64,000 bases of DNA from an uncultured Acidimicrobiaceae bacterium (lineage in GTDB: Bacteria; Actinomycetota; Acidimicrobiia; Spongiisociales; ZC4RG35). This document shows positions 59,316 to 64,000 of this stretch, piece after piece. The notes under the pieces are model-generated. The model did not search any database. It was not told where the DNA came from and saw nothing but the letters and a program-made list of their open reading frames with translations. Positions within the stretch are counted from its first letter, which is position 1; the number at the start of each line of letters is the position of its first letter. The position numbers and the translations under genes were made by a program. The stretch spans positions 10,427-74,426 of the forward strand of contig CAZNDH010000005.1 of the NCBI GenBank assembly GCA_964571765.1. Direction: 5' to 3'.

Positions 59316-60455
59316 TCAGTCCAAGGATCCGGTTCGGGCGATGGCCTCGAGGACCCTGGTTCGCAGGCCTTCACCGAGCGGGGCGTATCCCAGCTCCTCG
59401 GCGGCGAGGATGGCCGCCGGATCGGAGACCGCCCAGGCCCAGTAGTCCTTGAGGATGCCGGCTGTGTTGCCTTCGTATCCACACTCCCAGGTGAAGTTCC
59501 ACACCGCACCCACGATCGGATAGCCGTCGCCTCCGACACCGGTTATGTCGAACTGAAAGGTGTCTGGGATCTCCAAGACTTCCAGCGCCTCGCTGGTCGC
59601 CTCCAGTGTGGCCTTCACCGGGTTGCCGTCGGAGTTGATGATCTGAGCGGTAGGGAGCTGGTTGATGATGGCGTATGCCTGGTTGACGTAACCGATTCCG
59701 CCGGGGTTCTGCTGGATCCCAGCGGTCACGCCTTCGTTCCCCTGGCCACCGACGGTCTCTGCGGGCCACTGGACCTCGGTGCCGCTGCCCAGACTCCAGG
59801 TCGAGGTGTCGTTCTCCAGGTACGTGGTGAACACGCTGGTGGTTCCGGACCCATCAGAGCGATGGACCACGGTCATCTCCTGGTCGGGCAGGTCACGCCC
59901 CGGGTTGAGGGCTGCGATCGCTTGATCGCTGAAGTTTGTGATCCTGCGCTCGAAGATGTCGGCGACCACCTCTCCAGAGAGGATCAGGTCGTCGAACTGG
60001 GGGTCACCGAAGGCCACCTCGACCGCTCCGAACAGGACCGGCCACTGCAGGGCGTCACATCCACGGGCTCTCCGGGCCTCCTCCAGGTCGGCGTCCCGTA
60101 GGTAGCGCTCCGATGTCCCCCAGTCGACCGTTTGCTCCTTGAACTGGGTGATACCCCCGCCCGAGCCGATCGACTGGTAATTGATGGTGACCCCGGGCTG
60201 GACGAACCGGGTGTAGTCGAAGGCCCAGTCCTGGTAGACCGGATTGGGGAATGTCGCCCCGGCACCGTTGATGTCGCCTTCGAGGCGGACCGGGGCGGTG
60301 GTGGTCGGGCCACCCGGCGCCGTGGTTCCCGGTGCTGTGGTGACCGTCGTCTGCCCGGCGGCCGTGGTGTCGGTGAACCCGCCGCCCCCACAGGCAGCGA
60401 GGATCAGGGCAAATGTGGTGAGCCCCACCGGTCCGGCCCATCTCGTGTTCTTCAC
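59316..60455 (-). CDS. pstS: phosphate ABC transporter substrate-binding lipoprotein PstS
   Basis: The GTG at 60455 has AAGGAG 9 nt upstream. Lipobox 'FALILAAC', a T/P/G linker, then 'INGAGATFPNPVYQDW' and 'VVHRSDGSGTT'. Confidence 0.9.
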   Translation of the reverse strand: MKNTRWAGPVGLTTFALILAACGGGGFTDTTAAGQTTVTTAPGTTAPGGPTTTAPVRLEGDINGAGATFPNPVYQDWAFDYTRFVQPGVTINYQSIGSGGGITQFKEQTVDWGTSERYLRDADLEEARRARGCDALQWPVLFGAVEVAFGDPQFDDLILSGEVVADIFERRITNFSDQAIAALNPGRDLPDQEMTVVHRSDGSGTTSVFTTYLENDTSTWSLGSGTEVQWPAETVGGQGNEGVTAGIQQNPGGIGYVNQAYAIINQLPTAQIINSDGNPVKATLEATSEALEVLEIPDTFQFDITGVGGDGYPIVGAVWNFTWECGYEGNTAGILKDYWAWAVSDPAAILAAEELGYAPLGEGLRTRVLEAIARTGSLD

Positions 60456-60555
60456 GGATCAGTCTCCTTGTAGGGAGTTCCAGGCACGCCTGGGGTCGCG
60501 GGCGATCCCACGACCACCCGGCAAGGTATTGGGCCCGGTTTTCCGCTCAGCGAGG

Positions 60556-60577
60556 AGAGGGTGAACGAGAAGTGAAT
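60556..60577 (-). promoter_or_regulatory. candidate PHO box: two 11-nt direct repeats upstream of pstS
   Basis: In pstS orientation the sequence is 'aTTCACttctc gTTCACcctct' (GTGAAC at 60561-66 and GTGAAT at 60572-77 on the + strand, 11-nt phase). It matches the GTTCACC-type direct-repeat units described for actinobacterial PhoP and lies about 100 nt upstream of the pstS start. Confidence 0.5.
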
Positions 60578-60581
60578 TGTT

Positions 60582-60603
60582 GTCCCCCCGTTCACGGGGG
60601 GAC
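60582..60603 (-). terminator. perfect 9-bp GC hairpin immediately downstream of ppk
   Basis: 'GTCCCCCCG ttca CGGGGGGAC' lies 18 nt after the ppk stop. On the transcribed strand it is followed by 'AACAATTCAC' rather than a canonical U-tract. Confidence 0.6.
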
Positions 60604-60620
60604 AGAACCCAGACCGCGGC

Positions 60621-62672
60621 TCAGATGTGAGCGCTGGCGCGGGCCAGGGCGAGGTCCTGGAGGGCGACGTGGGTGTCGATGCCGGTGCGCGGAGGCACCC
60701 GGCGCCACGACCCGTCGTGTGCCATCTCCCAGGCGAGGTTGTCGTCGGCGAGGACCACGTCGAGGATCTCGTCGAGACGGAACTGGAGGTCGGGGTCGGT
60801 GACCGGTGCCAACGCCTCGACCCGACGGTCCAGGTTGCGGGGCATCATGTCTGCCGAGCCGATGTAGTAGTGCCGCTCCCGGCCCCTGTTCCCGAATCGG
60901 TAGATCCGGGAGTGCTCCAGGTAGCGTCCCACGATCGACCGCACCCCGATGTTCTCGGACAACCCGGGCACACCAGGGCGGAGGCAGCAGATCCCTCGGA
61001 TTATCAGCTCGACCCGGGCACCCGACTGCGAGGCGTGATACAGGGCCTCGATGATCCCCTCGTCGACCATCGAATTCATCTTCATGGTGATGTGCCCGTC
61101 GGGTCGCTCCGCTTCCGACATGATCAGCTCCACCATCCGGTTGCGCACCCCATCGGGCGAAACCGCGATCTTCCGGTAACTCCTCTGCCGGCTATACCCG
61201 GTCAGATAGTTGAAGAGGTCGGAGAGGTCGGCACCCAGGTCGGGGTCGGCCGAGAACACGCCGAGGTCCTCATAGGTCCGTGCCGTCTTCTCGTTGTAGT
61301 TGCCGGTGCCGATGTGGGCGTAGCGGACCACTCGGTCTCCCTCTCGTCGCATGACCAGCGCGATCTTGGTGTGGGTCTTCAGGCCGACCACCCCATACAT
61401 GACATGGACCCCGGATTCTTCGAGTCGCTGGGCCCACTCGATGTTGCGCTCCTCGTCGAAGCGGGCCTTGAGCTCGACCAGGGCGACCACCTGCTTGCCT
61501 TCCTGGGCAGCCTCGATCAGCGAGCGCATGATCATGCTGTCGGTGGTGGTGCGATACAGGGTGAGCTTGATGGCAAGGACGTCGGGATCCTTGGCCGCCC
61601 GGGCGATGAAGGCCTCGACGGTCGAGGGGAACGAGTCGTAGGGGTGGTGGACGATGAGGTCGCCCTGCCTGACCACCTCGAACATGTCGACGGTCTCAGA
61701 CAGCGGGACCGAGACCCTAGGTGGGACGACACCGGCGAACGAGTCGAACTTGAGCTCGGGACGGTCGAGGTCGAACAGGCTCCACAGCCCGGACAGGTCG
61801 AGTGGCCCTTCCACCCGAAACACATCCTCGTCGCCGGCCCCCATCTCCCGCATCAAGAGGTCGAGAATGTCTTCGGGGATGTCGGGGTGGACCTCGAGCC
61901 GCACCATCCGTCCGAACCTGCGCTGGGTGAGCTCCGACTCGATGGCCATCAACAAGTCGCCACCCTCGTCCTCCTCCACCTCGAAGTCGGCGTTGCGGGT
62001 GACCCGGAAGGCGTGATGGCGGAGCACCTCCATGCCGGGGAAGAGTGATTCGATGTGGGCGGCGATCACCTGCTCGAGGGGGACGAAGCGCTCCCCGTCG
62101 GGGAGAACCACGAATCGGGGGAGGATCGGCGGGATCTTCACCCTGGCGAACTTGGAGATCCCGGTCTCCGGGTTGCGCACCACGATGGCCAGGTTGAGCG
62201 ACAGGTTGGAAATGTAGGGAAAAGGGTGGGAGGGATCGACTGCCAGGGGCGTGACCACAGGGAAGACCAGCTCGCGGAACTGCGTGTCGAGGAACTCGCG
62301 GTCGTCGGCATCGAGGGTCGAGTAGTCGCTGAACACGATGCCCTCGGCCGACAGCGCCGGGGCGATCTCGGACATGAACCTCTTGGAGACCTCCTCGTAC
62401 TGATGCTCCACTTCCTGGCGGATCGCCGCCAGCTGTTGACTGGGGGTCATCCCGTCCGGGGTGGCCGCCCTGAACCCGTGGGCCAGTTGCTCCTTGAGAC
62501 CGGCCACCCTCACCTGGAAGAACTCGTCGAGGTTGTGCGCCCAGATGGCGAGGAACTTGGCCTTCTCCAGCACCGGGAAGTCCTCGCGGGCGGTCAGGGC
62601 GAGTACCCGCCGGCTGAAGGCCAGCCAGGAGATCTCCCGATTGATGAAATGCTCCGGCGAAGAGGTGAACAT
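60621..62672 (-). CDS. ppk: polyphosphate kinase 1
   Basis: 'INREISWLAFSRRVLAL', 'FLAIWAHNLDEFFQVRVAGLK', 'KTHTKIALVMRRE', 'HIGTGNYNEKTARTYEDLG'. 683 aa. Confidence 0.96.
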   Translation of the reverse strand: MFTSSPEHFINREISWLAFSRRVLALTAREDFPVLEKAKFLAIWAHNLDEFFQVRVAGLKEQLAHGFRAATPDGMTPSQQLAAIRQEVEHQYEEVSKRFMSEIAPALSAEGIVFSDYSTLDADDREFLDTQFRELVFPVVTPLAVDPSHPFPYISNLSLNLAIVVRNPETGISKFARVKIPPILPRFVVLPDGERFVPLEQVIAAHIESLFPGMEVLRHHAFRVTRNADFEVEEDEGGDLLMAIESELTQRRFGRMVRLEVHPDIPEDILDLLMREMGAGDEDVFRVEGPLDLSGLWSLFDLDRPELKFDSFAGVVPPRVSVPLSETVDMFEVVRQGDLIVHHPYDSFPSTVEAFIARAAKDPDVLAIKLTLYRTTTDSMIMRSLIEAAQEGKQVVALVELKARFDEERNIEWAQRLEESGVHVMYGVVGLKTHTKIALVMRREGDRVVRYAHIGTGNYNEKTARTYEDLGVFSADPDLGADLSDLFNYLTGYSRQRSYRKIAVSPDGVRNRMVELIMSEAERPDGHITMKMNSMVDEGIIEALYHASQSGARVELIIRGICCLRPGVPGLSENIGVRSIVGRYLEHSRIYRFGNRGRERHYYIGSADMMPRNLDRRVEALAPVTDPDLQFRLDEILDVVLADDNLAWEMAHDGSWRRVPPRTGIDTHVALQDLALARASAHI

Positions 62673-62699
62673 TTGGCACCGGTTCCTAGCAGGGACGGA

Positions 62700-63317
62700 T
62701 TACGTGTTGTTTAACGGCACGAAACCGAGCCCACCCAACAGGTAACGCCGCACATGGACGACCACCTCCTCGAGACCGGCGGTCCCGGAGATGAGCAGGC
62801 GGGCTCCTGACATCACCGTATCCTGGATGAGTCGCCCGGCGATCGTCGCCGGCATCGCCCGGAACACTCCGCCCTCGACCCCCAGACGGTAGAGCCCGGT
62901 CATCTCCTTGGAGAGCTGAGTGTGTGAAGCACGGATGCGGGCCTGCGCCTCGGGGCCCATCCGGCCCACCTCGCGGTGGAGGACCACCCCAAACACCCGA
63001 TCGGTGGCGACGAACTCGATGGTGGCCACCGCCAGGGCGGCGAGCCGCTCGGCGACGGGGAGGGTGGACGGAACCGACTCGATGAGCCGCTCGAGGACGA
63101 CCGGCAGCTCCTCCTCGACCAGGGAGGCAATCACATCCTCACGGTCGGTGAAGTAGTCATAGAACGTGGTCCTGCCCACCCCGGCGGCAAGGGCCACCTC
63201 GCCCAAGGAGATCTCGGCGGTCCCGTCGACCTCGATCAGATGCCGCGCCGCATCGAGCAGCGCCGACCTGGTGAGGGCCTTGTGCTCGTCGATACTGGCG
63301 GCGCGGATTCGGGGCAT
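62700..63317 (-). CDS. TetR/AcrR family transcriptional regulator
   Basis: HTH 'ISLGEVALAAGVGRTTFYDYFTDRE'. It stops 27 nt upstream of the ppk start on the same strand. Confidence 0.85.
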   Translation of the reverse strand: MPRIRAASIDEHKALTRSALLDAARHLIEVDGTAEISLGEVALAAGVGRTTFYDYFTDREDVIASLVEEELPVVLERLIESVPSTLPVAERLAALAVATIEFVATDRVFGVVLHREVGRMGPEAQARIRASHTQLSKEMTGLYRLGVEGGVFRAMPATIAGRLIQDTVMSGARLLISGTAGLEEVVVHVRRYLLGGLGFVPLNNT

Positions 63318-63437
63318 GGCTCAAGGCTATCCCGACAGCCGCCCAAGGTCGACCGCGATCGCCGATCTCAGGCCCGTGCTTCGGCAGCTCGCTCCGGCCG
63401 CTCGACTCCATCCCCTTCCAGGAGGAACTCGTTTTGT

Positions 63438-63451
63438 GTCACCGCGGTGAC
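63438..63451. promoter_or_regulatory. perfect 14-bp palindrome upstream of the whiB-family gene
   Basis: 'GTCACCGCGGTGAC' ends 18 nt before the GTG start at 63469. Confidence 0.3.
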
Positions 63452-63468
63452 CTCGCCAAACTTGCCGG

Positions 63469-63750
63469 GTGACTCACGGGCCCGACACCGCGACCACACT
63501 GGTCGCCAGTTGGAGGGACCGGGCCGCCTGTGCCGGGTACTCCAACAGCGCCTTCTTCCCGGGGAGCGACGCCAGCGCCGCCACCATCGAGAGGGCCAGA
63601 GCGGTGTGTGCGGTGTGCCCGGTCAGCGACGAGTGCCTCCAATACGCCTTCGAGACCAACCAGGTGGCCGGCATCTGGGGTGGGACCACTGAGGACGAGC
63701 GTCGTTCGCTTCGTCGCAAGTGGCTGACGGGCCGTCGTCGCACCGCATAG
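63469..63750 (+). CDS. WhiB-family transcriptional regulator (Fe-S Wbl protein)
   Basis: Four Cys ('AACAG...', 'CAVCPVSDEC'), 'GIWGGTTEDER' and a basic tail 'RRSLRRKW'. GTG start. Confidence 0.88.
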   Translation: MTHGPDTATTLVASWRDRAACAGYSNSAFFPGSDASAATIERARAVCAVCPVSDECLQYAFETNQVAGIWGGTTEDERRSLRRKWLTGRRRTA

Positions 63751-63761
63751 GAGGAGGCCGA

Positions 63762-64000
63762 TGAGCAAACAGGCCGAGTACGTGCTCAGGACCGTGGAGG
63801 AGAGGGGGATCAGGTTCATCAGGCTGTGGTTCACCGACGTCCAAGGATTCCTCAAGTCGGTGTCGATCAGCCCCGCCGAGCTGGAGGTCGCCTTCGACGA
63901 AGGGATGACCTTCGACGGCTCTGCCATCGACGGCTATGCCCGCATCCAGGAGGCCGACATGCTGGCCAAGCCGGACCCCTCGACCTTCGCCGTGCTCCCC
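63762..64000 (+). CDS. glnA: glutamine synthetase, N-terminal 79 aa (3' end cut by the window edge; GlnA2-like)
   Basis: My own translation from the ATG at 63762 (GGAGGAGG upstream) reads 'MSKQAEYVLRTVEERGIRFIRLWFTDVQGFLKSVSISPAELEVAFDEGMTFDGSAIDGYARIQEADMLAKPDPSTFAVLP'. It is absent from the ORF track because no stop falls inside the window. Confidence 0.85.

Noticed and set aside
60627-62048. A 473-aa ORF on the + strand, antisense to ppk
   Set aside because: The reasoning is the same: biased composition and complete overlap with an unambiguous polyphosphate kinase gene.

Overview
This is a 64-kb, visibly GC-rich chromosomal segment (about two-thirds G+C by eye, not computed). The gene repertoire looks actinobacterial: a WhiB-family regulator, a dnaK-grpE-dnaJ-hspR operon, clpB, a LigC-type ATP-dependent ligase with a separate LigD-type primase-polymerase, frequent ATGA/GTGA stop-start overlaps, and several probable leaderless genes. 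All calls come from motifs I recognise in the supplied translations and from reading the DNA; no database search was run.

I support 69 protein-coding genes. Most of the remaining six-frame ORFs are Arg/Pro/Gly-rich antisense or off-frame artefacts typical of high-GC DNA. The content is mostly housekeeping:
- amino-acid and central metabolism: hom, tkt, dxs, metF, glnA
- oxidative repair: msrA, msrB
- the heat-shock regulon
- two amino-acid ABC importers, one of aapJQMP type
- a complete pstSCAB-phoU-RR-HK phosphate block next to ppk1

Positions 43672-63317 form a single run of 21 genes on the minus strand. I recognised no rRNA, tRNA, CRISPR array, transposase, integrase or prophage genes.

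The most unusual items are:
1. An ECF sigma factor translationally coupled to an Ogt fused to an Ada-type Cys4 zinc module. This protein sits where an anti-sigma factor normally is.
2. A PadR regulator followed by a fusion of a DUF1700-like module to NfeD, then an SPFH/band-7 gene, back-to-back with clpB.
3. A ligase and a primase-polymerase separated by a translationally coupled (ATPase-permease)x2 ABC block, with no Ku in the window.
4. An orphan SPPY-type (m4C-like) DNA methyltransferase coupled by ATGA to a low-molecular-weight phosphotyrosine phosphatase.
5. A polyphosphate theme: a CHAD/NUDIX divergent pair, and TetR-ppk1 followed by a hairpin and PHO boxes upstream of pstS.
6. A 229-nt intergenic region made of tandem hairpins with conserved bases and arms that differ between the two copies.

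None of these is proven novel from sequence alone. Decisive checks are given with each finding.
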